Source: Toensbergia leucococca (taxonomy: Eukaryota). Taken from it: a stretch of DNA of 64,000 nt. Where the stretch lies: positions 1 to 64,000 of the forward strand of contig JALDZS010000040.1 of NCBI GenBank assembly GCA_022813965.1. Reading direction: 5' to 3'. The translations under genes were made by a program, and so were the position numbers. Each line of letters opens with the position of its first letter. Positions within the stretch are counted from its first letter, which is position 1. Below are positions 12,528 through 24,591 of the stretch, in pieces. Under the pieces are notes generated by a model. The model had not been told where the DNA came from. It did not search any database and saw nothing but the letters and a program-made list of their open reading frames with translations.

Positions 12528-14294
12528 TATCGTTAACGTTCAGACAGGCGGTGAGGGGGGCGGGCGGGGGAGGACGCTAGAGAGCGATAACGGTGGGTTA
12601 ATCAGTCAGTCGGTGAAAAGAATGTAGAGTTCAGAAAATGATAGACATGCAATGCGCCAGATGCAGAGGATGGCAGTAGTCTTTGATCTTTATGAATTGC
12701 AAATGCACCGTTTGGGTAAGTGTGAGGTTGCAAGGCGATCGGATAAGGAAATCAAGCAGTTGGACTGCGATGGTGCATTCATTGGTAGCCCTTTAGTTAC
12801 CTTTTAACTGAAGATGAGCTAGAGTTGGGTATACTTGCAGCCGATTACCAGGATGGCGCCAGTCATGTTGGCGAATCGGCGGGTGCATCTGGGTTTGCTT
12901 GTATGACGCTGCGACGAGGCGACGATGGTGAATGGTTGGCCAAGAGCAAAGGACTAATCGAAATGGCCGAACACCAATGGACGCATCGATTGCTGGGGGG
13001 TGGGAACATATGAGCCTTAGAATATTGTCTTATTGATCTTGCAGTGTACTCATACCCCCCGCCATTTACGAGCACCCAACTCATTCATGCCTTATGATGA
13101 TGCCGTGTATCGTGATCCGGTCAAATGATGATGGCAAAATTCAACCGTCTTTAACTAAAATGTCAGGTGAGCCACCAGGAAATTACTGTTCTCGTAATTA
13201 CTTAAGTGTAAAGGCACAGCCGAGCTCCTGAGCACCCAGGCACGCAGGGTACCCCAAAATTAGAATAGAGTAGTCGCCAGGAAAAATACCCGAAGCCCCT
13301 TCCATTCTCGATCCGATGTCACTTATCCTAAACCCCCAGCCTTACTCCCTCCCGCCACGGCCTGACCTTAAATAGAACCTCTGCAGTACCATCGATCATC
13401 GCTCTATCGCCGTTGCACTGCGACGGCTCAGGACTTATCTCTAGAAGCCAGGACTGACCGCGCAGAAACTGAGACGATGCCACCAATGACTACAATCGTA
13501 GGCCTCTTACCTGGCATCACTCTCATCGAGCAAATCAGGTGGTCACCCTAAACGGAATCCCAGTCATCATTATGTGCCCGAGCAAAGCAGTTTTCCTTCT
13601 AACCAGGTTCAATTGCGCCCAAGAGTGGAACTCGTTACTCTTATCGCGCGTGATTCATATTCCATTTTGGAAGGGACTCCTTTGATGAGCGGGCTTGCAT
13701 GTAAACATTTTCGCAGCGACCCCAGTAAAGATAATGAGATCTTGCCACAGGGCCTTCTATCTTTGAAACCTGTAGCAAGATTCAATGATTGGGAGATTAG
13801 GAAAAGCTCAGCCCATGCCCATAAAAACAAGGTCCATTGCTTCGTCATGTCACCTGTTACTCGTAGAATTCCTACGAAAAAAACCCCATTCAAGCCGAAA
13901 TTTGGTAAGTTGGTAGATAGTATATTATCATCAACAGGTACGTTGGTTGATATTTCATGGTTTGTTTTGTCTATCGCCGTAGCTACTCTTAAGAGCCATG
14001 TTAAACCTTGGAAAAGTAGTAAATTCGCATATGGAAGAAATAGAAGTCATGACGCCTGGAGGCTCACAATAACGCCCGTCAAAATACAACGAATGTAAGT
14101 AGGTTCAAAGTCAATGTTCCGACACAGCACCAAAGGATGCCGAACAGAGCCTCGAACGATAACTTGACGGATTCTGTGCCATTCGTATTTACCCATTGGA
14201 CACATAAATGAGCCTATATATTAAGAGCCTGGCTCTGTTCAAGGAAGGATTCACAAGGCTATTTCTACCGGGTCCTTTTCTAGAATTCGAGCTC

Positions 14295-15964
14295 TTAAAA
14301 TTGGACAAAGTCCTGCTGTTGAGATAAAGCTTGGTGGGGGACATCATCCGAAAGCTGCATGAAGTCGTCTTCCAAGCCGTCCGACTCAACATCATCGCTG
14401 TCTATCTCGTCATAGTGATCCTCCTCGCTGAGTACATCACTGTCGTCGTCTTCTTCCATGCTTCCGTTGCGGCCTTTTGAGGAATCATCTACGAGGTTAG
14501 CAGCTTGTTTTCGAATCTGTCCAGCTCTATCAACATGGGGCAAGCGACATTGTTTGTTGTGGCATGCTCCATTATTAGCGTAGTCGGGGCATTCATGAAC
14601 ATGACGCTCGTTGCAAGAAGCACCTTTGCCACAGTATCCAAAGACTGCAAAGTCTCTACACACTGGAGCGGAAGGATTGACACGGACATGAGCATAGCGA
14701 CATGATACATTTGAACATTTTCCACGAAGAAAATGTAAGCAAGCAGGTACTCGCTCCGGCGTGGGATCGTGTGAGAGATCGCAGGAGTCGCCAGCAATAC
14801 AATCTCCTGTTTGGAGGTAGTCTTTGCACATTGCAACGTTGTCGGGATTGTGAGTATAGGGACAAAGTGGCCCCTTGGGACAGTGACCTAACCATGAACG
14901 GCATGTATCAGCATGATCCAGAATATCATATTTTGTACGCAGAAGTTTAGGTGCCGAGGTCGATCTAAATCTGCGAGGCATTGGGGAATAAGAAAAGGGT
15001 ACCCGTTATCGTGAAGCGTTTGCACGGTTCAGAGATCTTTTTGGTTTTTCCAATCTCCCTACTGTAGGTTAGATATGCATGGCACCATCTCGCAGATGGA
15101 GCCCTGCTCGAGGGTTTCCAGGATCCGAACTCACTTCTTGGCCTTGACGACTCCATGGCGGTACAAGTTGCCGTTTTTGCTTCGCAGAAAAGTGACACCC
15201 CCAACATTAGCTTTCTTGGGGGTAGAACGTGCTGTATCAGATGCGCCTGATATCTGTAAGCGAGGGGACCTGGTGTGCTTGCGGCATCTTTACCAAGTAT
15301 TCTTGAGAGCTTGCTTCCACCACGATCAACATGAAATTCTAATCCATTTATTGAGATTTTATGGAGTGTTTGGATGGCTGTTGCCGATGGCGTAGCTGAT
15401 GATCGACCCGCATGAGTAGCAAGCACCCGCAGATGTCTGTCGATCTTGAATTTTTCCCGTTGGTCCCTTTGAAGAGCCTTTTGTCGTTGAGTATCTTCAA
15501 TAGCCTTCTTGCGTGTTTGGGTTTCCCGGTCAAATACAGAAGAATTGATAAGCTGTCTATGACGGTCATGCTTCGAGATCCAGCTACTTGCCGAGTGCAG
15601 TGGCTCAGTCCCAACATGATCGTTGGATCTGGTGAGTTCTGTATTTGGTACGATAGAGTTCTCGACTGGCTGTTTCGCTATTTGAGTCTCTTTTGCTGTG
15701 TTATTCATTATTAATGTGCGGTTCCTACGAGTGACAGGCGCAATCCTTCCAGCCCGGCCTCTTGCGCGGCTATACGGAGCTGACCGTGGCGATCTCCATT
15801 GTTGGGAGTCTCTGGAATCATGTACGGCTTCCTCAGATGGTTGCTGGCTTTTATGGAGGTTGATATGACCTTTGCCAATCAGCTCTGTCGAGAAGCACAT
15901 CGTTAAGCAAAGCCTTACCAGCAAGCCGGCCAATCCTTTCCAGCAGATCTTGATCCTCTGACAT
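14295..15964 (-). CDS. CCCH zinc-finger protein (ZC3H3-like), multi-exon
   Basis: Start MSEDQDLLERIG; tandem C-x8-C-x5-C-x3-H motifs (CKDYLQTGDCIAGDSCDLSH, CLHFLRGKCSNVSCRYAH, CRDFAVFGYCGKGASCNERH); acidic tail ending QQDFVQF. Confidence 0.85.
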
Positions 15965-16124
15965 TGTACTTATCAAATGAGGCGGGCGCCTAGCGATTTC
16001 CCTCGGGAGTATCAACGATAGGATGTGCTACGGTATTTTGAAGATGAGAATGTTGGAGGGGCAAATGTCAGGCAAAACGCTGCAATGCAGACGCTGGTGC
16101 GCTTGTGGATCTCACTAAATATTC

Positions 16125-16161
16125 TACGGAGTACGGAGTACGGCGCATCCGTACGGAGTAC
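16125..16161. promoter_or_regulatory. Cluster of TACGGAGTA motifs upstream of the CCCH gene
   Basis: tacggagtacggagtacggcgcatccgtacggagtac, about 160 bp upstream of ATG 15964; the same motif also lies near 6129 (ATP4/NOC4 divergent promoter) and as tactccgta near 32254 (upstream of JAC1). Confidence 0.4.
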
Positions 16162-16441
16162 TGCATATGTTATTATTTACATAGGTAATTTGAATACCAT
16201 CATTAGAGATATGTTTCGATCCTAGGGTACAGTAGATATCATGGCACTCAGGTATTCAGGCTGAATTCTCAATGGCTTGCCAGGTCTAGAGTCTAAGCTG
16301 AATGAAGTGCAGATAGTAGCATGAAGTTGAACTTCAGTCATTCGTACTTCGTAGGCCCACAAAATTGCATGCGGCTAGCTACAGATAAAGCCCGACTCCT
16401 GCGCCAACTATTCCGTAGAGAAAAAGTCTAGGTTTCTCTCT

Positions 16442-17773
16442 TCATCTCTGCAAAACGTCCTCCATATCTATGTTCTCTTCATCCTCGTCACTAGCACCGT
16501 TATCAGAAAGGCCGTCAAGATTGTCACCACCGTCGGTTGCGCCCTCGTCTTTAACTTGCCCACTGGACTGAATATCATCTTGACCTTTCATTGTGGAGTC
16601 TGACCTGAGGTGCCATGTCGCAGCATGTGGACCTGATCTGACAAGGTAAGCAACCATTTCAAGGGTCTGCTTAAGATATGCTTCAGGCTGTTTCGTTCTC
16701 TCTTTGAGGGCCTTAAGAGGCCAGAATTCGTATTCTTTGAAACAATCCACGATTTCATCCAGTAGCTCGTTTTGAGCCTTCCTGGCAGCCTTGAATTCTT
16801 GGGGTTTCGCGCGTGTGGGCGCAGTGTTTTTCTATTGCTGTCAGCATTCCATCAATATAGTTGAAGCTAGGTACCCGTACTATGAATTTTGTAAAGTTTC
16901 CAGCTGTTCCCAGTGTGCCTGGTGCAAGCGAATTAGGTCCAACTAGGTCAATCAACGTTGTAGTCAGCTTCGGCGTAGAAGCTTGCAAAATCTTTTCACT
17001 CATGACCTTGCGGTACTCTTCATTTTCAACGGGCAGGCAATTCATCTCTAGTTGGATTTGCCCCGCCAAAGCTGTCTGCTCTAGAAAGAGATATCATCAG
17101 CCCCTGGCGCTCGCACAAGCATTTAGCAATAACTCACTTGGAATTGCCTTTCGAGGAGACCATCTTTTGTTCTTGTCGATTCTTTGAAGGCCTTGCCTCG
17201 ACCGATCTTGAAACAGAGGTCGCGGCGGCCCTCCACCATTTTGCTCTTGTTTTGAGCTGCCCTTCACTTTGGAATTATAGCCTGGGAGGTCTTTCTCCGT
17301 GAAGATGAAAGTATTGGCAGAATTTCGGGTCGTAATGTTTAGGTTATACTCTTTGGGGACGATATCATTCTTCGCACTGTCTGACGATAGCATGAGACTC
17401 ATCTAGATTCAGGATTCAGTATAGCTTTATGAGCTAGGCACTTGGGGGTAAGAGCGAGACTGTAGCAAACCCTTTTGATATCATTCAAAGCACCTTCCAC
17501 TCGAATGATCCCTAGTTGAATCTCTTGATCGTCGTCAATGTTTGACCAGCTCTCCCAAAGAGAAATGGGGATCCTTGTGAGATATAGTCCTTGCTCTGCA
17601 CGTGCAAAGTCAAGATCGCCAGCGTCCTCGTAGACGTCGCCATCTGATAAAGTCTCGGGTGTTGCACCAGCAACATCTGACTCTAACTTGATGATAGGAT
17701 CTCCTCTGTTCAAGGCCTTTCTACCTGATTCAGTCTTGACAGATGGCATTTCTGCTGAGTACGTGCTTGCCAT
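16442..17773 (-). CDS. TFG2: Transcription initiation factor IIF beta subunit, multi-exon
   Basis: YEDAGDLDF, LWESWSNIDDDQEIQLG, VPKEYNL, NTFIFTEKDLPG, RKAIPK|QTALAGQI, NELLDEIVDCFKEYEFWPLKALKERTKQPEAYLKQTLEMVAYLVRSGPHA. Confidence 0.92.
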
Positions 17774-20700
17774 CAATTTGTAGAGTTGCACCAGTATGAG
17801 TGCGCAGATGTCCGATATGAGTGTTGCCTGGCCTTGGTTGGAATGTTAATGATGTGAACATGAAAGGATCAATAGAATAAAGTGAGCCAGCTTTTCCTAA
17901 AGCGGCTTAGGATAAATTGTAGCGTCATGAATACCCAGATTTCTTCGATTGTTATGTTTAATGCAACGAACCCACACAACACGAATACCTAAAGAGGTCA
18001 GTAGCTAGGCTCAAAAGCAAGAGCGATGAATTCTTGCAGAATCGCTTCGTCGATAATGTCTCAAGCTCCATCCTACCTTTAAGACGTTCGCATTGTCTAT
18101 ACTCCTCTGTCATTCACGACCTACTCGCAAAATAGCGTCATTTTCATTGTGCCATTGGCAATCGATAGATTTCTTCGCATTATTCGAGCATTTTTAGGCA
18201 CTCTTACTAAGACACGACATATTGAGTTGTTTAGAATGAAGACATGGTGTAGCGGTGAGGTACCTTGGGAGCTGGACGCTTCCTGAGGAGTAGCAATATG
18301 TGCCAAACTTGACTCCTGGGTGACAGGGCGGCCAACTACTGAGGCGGATCCTGTTGAATTCCTTCAATCTGGGCTACCATGACATATCGCTAGAATGCTG
18401 CCAACCCTTTGCAGATCCTGACCTCGTCCCGAATGGACTGCGCTGCCTAGCTGTTAGATTGCGCGTCACCTAGGCCTTGGTTCTACGTCTACAAGTCGTT
18501 TATCACAGGCTTTGCAGAATTGTCAAAAACAAAATATGAGATTCATGATCTTGAATGGAGACTACTGCGATCTCAAATACGACCAGAGCCGGATTCTACA
18601 AGAAACAGACTTTCTGCCGAACTATTGTGCTAGCTCTTAGGATTTGATTTGAAAAGCACAGTATCGATCAATGAGGATGCTAAACTCCATCGAAAGGATC
18701 CGCCTTAATTCGCAAAAAGCTGTAAGTGGGCTTTGGAATTCTCCGAATCAACGCGAGTCAAACGGCCAAATGATGCAAGGACCTACCTATCCCATAGCTG
18801 TCCCATGATCATACAGAATTGATTGAGACGTCACTCCAGCAATGGTTACGAATCGCGAGCAAGGTGATGTTCTGCCGAGCGTTGAGGAGCTTGACCCTAC
18901 ACTTCGTCCTGCTCTCATATCAGACTTTTCAAGCCATGATGGGGGCTCAGAAACCATTCATTCATCCTTTCAAAACCTTTGCGAGGTTGAGTACTAGCTG
19001 TAGGAAGGAATATTTCTTTCTATGCCATTCCACTCTGGGACCGAGACTCCAATGATGGTCAAGTTGCTGATTCACCGGAGGCCAACTGCTTCGTGGTAAG
19101 CTACATTACCTATGTAGCATGATCCATGGTTTACCAATGATAGCGCCGACAGAAGCGAAGCGCCTTGTTGTCGGGCCCTGAACCAATTATCTCAATCCCG
19201 CAACCTGACTTAGCTGGATGAACAGTCAGTGGTGTCCACAACAAGTCCAATCAAAAGTCTACAGATGATACTCATCTATGAACTTTAGCCACATCCATCC
19301 ATCGGACAGCAAGCAGTGTCTAAGTACGAACTCAAATTCTTTCGAAAAGTGATGAGCCCCTTTCAAAGAGTGAGACGGTCGTTGCCTATTCGTTAATATG
19401 CCTCTAAGTATGGCATGAGATATAAAGAATTGCCATTACTGAGGTTATCGCAGATGCTCAACGGCTTGTATATCAGCCGCTGAGGGTCTATGAGAGACAG
19501 AGCAATTATTCTTTTACCTTCAATAGCTTTAACCCATGAAACGAACCTCTCAACATTGATGATGTCTACCGTGGGTTTTTCTATCAATGTTACATTGGAC
19601 TGTACACGGTGAGGTACAACCGGGCCATCTTGACTAAGAGGGCTGCTGACTAGATGAGATATTGAAGCTGCCCGTTTTCAATCATTTCATTGACCCAGAC
19701 ACAACGCTTTTTTGTGGGCCCGTAATCGCGTTCGCGAATGGGGGATTGAACAGACTCTATTCTATATTGAAGAATCGTCCTTATTACTTGAGCCAATACG
19801 TTTCAGAGTAAGCAAAAGTGCTGCGTTAAAGAGTGATGACTATCCTTCCGGTATGAACCTTTACTAAGAGTCTGAGTGCTGGTTATTGAATGCTTCGTAC
19901 TATGCTTGCCTAGGTATTAACTTCATTGGGTGTTGAGAGGGGGCCTTAAATCTTGATGTCAGTTGTTTGTCAGAAAACAAACTGTGACCAAGCCGTCAAG
20001 TGATGTGTATGGTGAACTTCATAAAATTGAAGTCTCTTAACCTCGGTTTTTCATCGCACTGATAGCTTCCGGTCTCAGATCCATTCTTGTGGTGACTTGC
20101 CCTACCCTTTTAAGTACTACTTACTCTCTATGGAAGCTGATCAAGGGTATAGGTGACCAGGAGGTGGGCTAGATAAGAGTATAGAATCCCCATCTATGTG
20201 TCCACACATAAGGGCACTGAAGTACACATCATAGATTCCGTGCCGCATTTTGTGAGGATGAATTTCTCGAGAGCCAATTTCTGCGCGAAGGTCGTAGAAA
20301 TGAATATCAGAAAGTGATTCCCCTTTACCTACTCTGTTGCCGTTCCTTGTGAAAACAGTAGACTTTGGCATACCTTGGCGTCTTTGTTCACTGTAACGAG
20401 CTTTGCACGGCCGCATCAATGCTTCAAAGCTGATTGAAAGCTCAGTGACAGCTCCATGTGAAACCAGGGCACGACTGGGTGTCACCGCTATCTTCAAGAC
20501 CTGTCCCGAAAGACCTCCTTCATCGTCCTAATAAAGGCGCCAACCAAAGGTAATAACGGCGTCGAGTGATGCCCAAGACCAAGATGGAGCCCGGACTTGA
20601 AAGGGTCTAGCTGAAGTAATCCCGTTCGTTAAGAGCAGCAGCAGACCCGCCAAGGAAACCGTTGTAGAAGAACTAGTCCATATGAGCGTGCACAATAGTT

Positions 20701-22340
20701 ATCTTTCATGGTAATCTGAAGCTTCTTTGCTAGTTCAGAGATAGCTATCAGTTTATCTCCTGACTCTGTGAGATGCGTCGGCGTCGTTGGAATCTGCCAC
20801 GTTTTTGCAACTCATTAAGGCGAAAGCAAACTTCGCCCAAGCAACTTAAGCTTGAAGGCTGATTGAATTGCAGAGGCTGCTCTTGAAGTGTGTTCCCTGT
20901 GGAAAATCGAGTTGCTATCAAGTACTTTGATTCTAGCTGTGCTTGGAGTTCGAAATCGAATCTCCATGGCGCAACCTGAGAAGAGTCGCGGTCAACGAAA
21001 ATGCCCACTGTGCTGTTGGCCAAGCTACTTGTAGTCACCCTGGTATTTCCAGGGTTGGTCCCATCAATGCAATTTTTTTTTAAAGGCGAGGGACGGAGCT
21101 CCAGCAATTGCTAATTGGCATGTATGCACGGATTTTTCCAATGTCATCTGAAATAACAAGACGGGCCATGCCTTACCCCTTTAGAGAACATATTTTGAAC
21201 AACAGCGTTGGACAGTATGATGCATGCAAAGAACCACGACCACATATTTGATAGTAATCTTGTAAGTAGTTTGTGTACTATTCAGTAGATTGTTGAAGGC
21301 AAGAGTTTTGACCAGCGTTTACGGTGATCTGTCTTCGATGCCCCTGCACGATCCGTACCATCTGCAAGGCTGAATTAATCAGTCTCGACGTACGTTCCTT
21401 TCCAAGCCTTGGGAATACGTCTACCTTCTCCTAGCTGCATCAAAAATGAGTGTCGAACACTGCTCTCTTACTAACGCCATCATGACTTCAAATCCTGTGA
21501 ACATAAGAGTCTTCAATTTGCTTGAATAGCGCACGTGCATCTCCACCAACAGCTTTGCATCTGCCTCTAAGAATCCGAGTTTTTGATGTTGAACTTTGGT
21601 AGCAGGCCTTGCCAGGGTAAATGGCCGAGTGTCTATGGCTATTCGCCACGATGGTAATGGTATGATAGCATTGGTCTTCATGATTCAGCGATATTACCAT
21701 TCATGACCCCATTCAGTCATCACAGCGAAAGTCCGAAAACCGAGAGCAAATTCTGTATATAGTTAACCTAGTATCCTCCAGGACTTTAGACCTTAGCAAT
21801 GCAGACTTATGAATTTAACATTTGAGGAGCAAGGTGGAAGGGCTGATTCAGTAGGATCTATTGTATCCCTTGAGATCATCAAGTAAATTTGAACCTCATT
21901 TGAGGAAGAGCGACGGCTTGAAAGCTGAGTCAAAGAAGGCGCAAGCTGCAAATTGGCTATTCATAGATAGACGTTGAGCATTGTACGGCATGTTAGACAT
22001 AAAATGTTCACGGCAAAACAAATGCTTCATATATCAGACACATGCAATGAAAACTGGCATGACGTGATGAAAATCTGAATGCGAATTTGTAATTTTCGTT
22101 CTATGTAAGAGTACAGAAACGAGGGGCAACGATTGGCTGAATCCTTGTACGGTACGGAGGCGTAGTCCAAAAGTAATCGGACACGCTAAAACCTAGCGTC
22201 TACAGGGATTCCTAGCCCCCACAATAGAACTTTCTCAATTCTATTTCATTTTTCTAATTCTATTTCATTTTCCTCATTGAACCATGGTTCCTCAAGGGTT
22301 TTTCATCATTTTGACGTTCTTTTGTAGCCTATCATGTTTT

Positions 22341-23890
22341 ATGCTCAATCATCATACTAGTCTTGCAGAGAGAGTGCAAGCGTTAACCTTGCTGAAGTAT
22401 GAGATAAATATCAATTCAGTAATCACTTATATTGAATTCTCAAGAAGTTATCTATATGAGATGAGAAAGAAAGTTAGAGATCATGAATTCAACTTATTTA
22501 TATCTTTTATTCTTAAAGATGAGTATCTCACTGATGCACTCTGATCAGATCATTCTCTCAAGGCAACACTGAAATTAGTAGCAAAACTTCTGTCTCTTAT
22601 TACAAGAGACTGCTATGAATGTGAGAAAACAATCACTCAGCTGACTAATGAACTTGATGTAGCTAAACAGACAATTAAATGAGCTCTTAAGAGAAAGGAA
22701 TATAAAAAATGTAAGCCTAAAAAGAAGCCTGATCTCACAACAAAGATGAAATTGACTTACCTTCAATTTGCAATAGAACATAACAACTAAACACTAAATG
22801 ACTGAATGTGTGTGATCTGAACAGATAAAGCAAGTGTGATTCTAAAACAGAGAAGAGAGGGTGTACAAATATGAAGAACTGTAGCAGAAGGTCACAATCC
22901 TCAGCTGACTTCAGTTACTATTCAGAATAGATAAAAAGAAAGCTCAGAATTCATATTTTGAGGCTTCTTCTGTTATGATAGAAAGGGTATGTTTGATCTT
23001 TCAATATTAGAAAAAAAGACTGATTGAAGACAAGGTCCTATGCATTGCTGATTCTCAGAAACTGTAAAAGAAAAGAAGGTCTCTGTTTAAGATCTTAAGA
23101 AAAGAAATGAGGAATTGAAGCTAAAAATGAAATGACAATAAGAAATCACTAATAAATTGACACATCTTTTCTTATAAAACCTTTCTAATATAAAGCTTAT
23201 ATGAGAGTTCAAAAAGGATACAGAAAAGATGATACACAATTCAAGGGAGGGGATTAACTAATATCACTATCAATAATTAATTCTTAAACCCTTGTTAATT
23301 TCCTTTGCTCAGAAGTGTAAAAAAGAGCTAAGTATGCTGATAATTTGTCAGGAACTGGGCTTAGGCAAGAACAGCACAGCTGTATCAGGGGTTTAGGAAC
23401 TATGATAAGGCTTGATCTATGTACTGGGTACTATACAGGACGAAAGACGAAGGAAACAAGAGGAGAACAAGGTTGGAAGGTTATTTAACCTTAGACGAAA
23501 AGGAGCACGATAACGCGTGACTAGGCAGGGTCCAAGGCCTTGGCAGGCCTCTTGGCCTTGCACCATGACATAATTGTACAGAAGAATAAAGTCAGGTCTC
23601 ATGCTTCTCAACATCAGTACAGAGTTTTTATAAATGCTAAGATTCTATGTCTTTTTTGATCAGAAAACTCATCTGATCTTAACATGATAGGACCTTGTTA
23701 ATTTCATATAAAGAAGAAAACAATAAAAAAAGGACTGCCTGAAAATTATCTTATCACAAAGAAAGTCTGAACTAGAGCATGAAATAAATTACCTCAGAAG
23801 ACTATTCAGACTTGAATTGAGTGAATGTCTAGACATTGCGTCATGATCATTGAATTGAAAGGAGAAAATGAGTATAAGGAAGGAAGACTT
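22341..23890 (+). pseudogene. Degenerate Tc1-like DDE transposase, interrupted by a solo LTR
   Basis: ERVQALTLL N-terminus; DAL*SDHS resembles DAPRSGRP; VI*TDKASV resembles VIWTDE; IVQKNKVRSHA resembles VQEDNAPxH; SSDLNMIGPC* resembles SPDLNxIExxW; ENEYKEGR C-terminal motif. Many stops explainable by C>T/G>A changes. Confidence 0.88.
23346..23570 (-). mobile_element. Solo LTR of an LTR retrotransposon nested in the Tc1 element
   Basis: 225 bp bounded by TGTCA...TGACA inverted ends with an exact 5-bp TSD TAATT (23341-23345 and 23571-23575); removing it restores the transposase motif. Orientation is inferred from a TATA-like site and a pyrimidine tract on the minus strand. Confidence 0.9.
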
Positions 23891-24146
23891 GATGTTGACT
23901 TCTGATCAAAAGAAGGAAAAAATCAGCTCACTATGTGAAGGGAATTGCAGGCCTTTTCAGATAATGTTTTTGAGCCATCCCCCCCTAGAACAGCAAAAAC
24001 CCTCCACTTCATCTCCTTCTTATCATCATCATTATCATCATTCTTCTTCTCCTTCTCTTTCTCATCTTCCTTTGAATCTCAAATGGAATATAATCCTAGG
24101 ACTCTCACTTCAAAGCCATTGACTTCACCCCCCCTAAGACGGGAAC

Positions 24147-24275
24147 TCAAAAAACAACCCCAAAAACAACTTCAAAAACAACCTCAAAAACAACTCAAAA
24201 AACAACCCAAAAAACAACCTCAAAAACACCCTCAAAAACAATCTGAAAAACAACCACCAAAAAGGTCTCAAAAGG
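24147..24275. repeat. 12-bp degenerate tandem repeat (CAAAAACAACCT-like, about 10 copies) inside the transposon
   Basis: Seen directly; translates as QKQP/QKQL repeats in ORF 23945..24325. Confidence 0.8.
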
Positions 24276-24591
24276 CGGAGATCACGATCACCGCAGCGAG
24301 TGCAAGGCCTAGGAGAGGTCAGTAGTCATCATATATACTATATAGAGTATCCCACCTTATGATACTATGATTTGTATGCGTTCCGATGGGGAATCCATCA
24401 ATTCAATGGATAGAATGGATGTTAGGGCTGAAAGTCCCTGTAGACGCTAGGTTTTAGCGTGTCCGATTACTTTTGGACCACGCCTCCGTAATCATTACTC
24501 AAACTAATTACCTACTTTACTTGACAGGCGTCGTGCTCCTCCGTTTGAACTTCATGTTGACAATGCGTCTGTCATTACACTAAGAGACTCC

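Larger units (their letters stand above)
22155..24488 (+). mobile_element. Tc1/mariner-superfamily DNA transposon, full length, RIP-inactivated
   Basis: 54-bp terminal inverted repeats (22155-22208 / 24435-24488, CGGAGGCGT(A/G)GTCCAAAAGTAATCGGACACG..., 1 mismatch) flanked by TA on both sides; AT-rich interior with transposase remnants. Confidence 0.95.

Noticed and set aside
13090..13140. Two ATGATGA box C-like motifs (possible snoRNA)
   Set aside because: No convincing box D or terminal stem found.
13574..14098. 174-aa ORF between the bZIP and CCCH genes
   Set aside because: GTG start, no recognisable motif, no splice support; probably a chance ORF.
24147..24275. CRISPR-like array
   Set aside because: Contiguous tandem units without unique spacers, in a eukaryotic genome.
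23945..24325. QKQP-repeat ORF as a real gene
   Set aside because: Lies inside the transposon and is open mainly because of the stop-free 12-bp repeat; non-ATG start.
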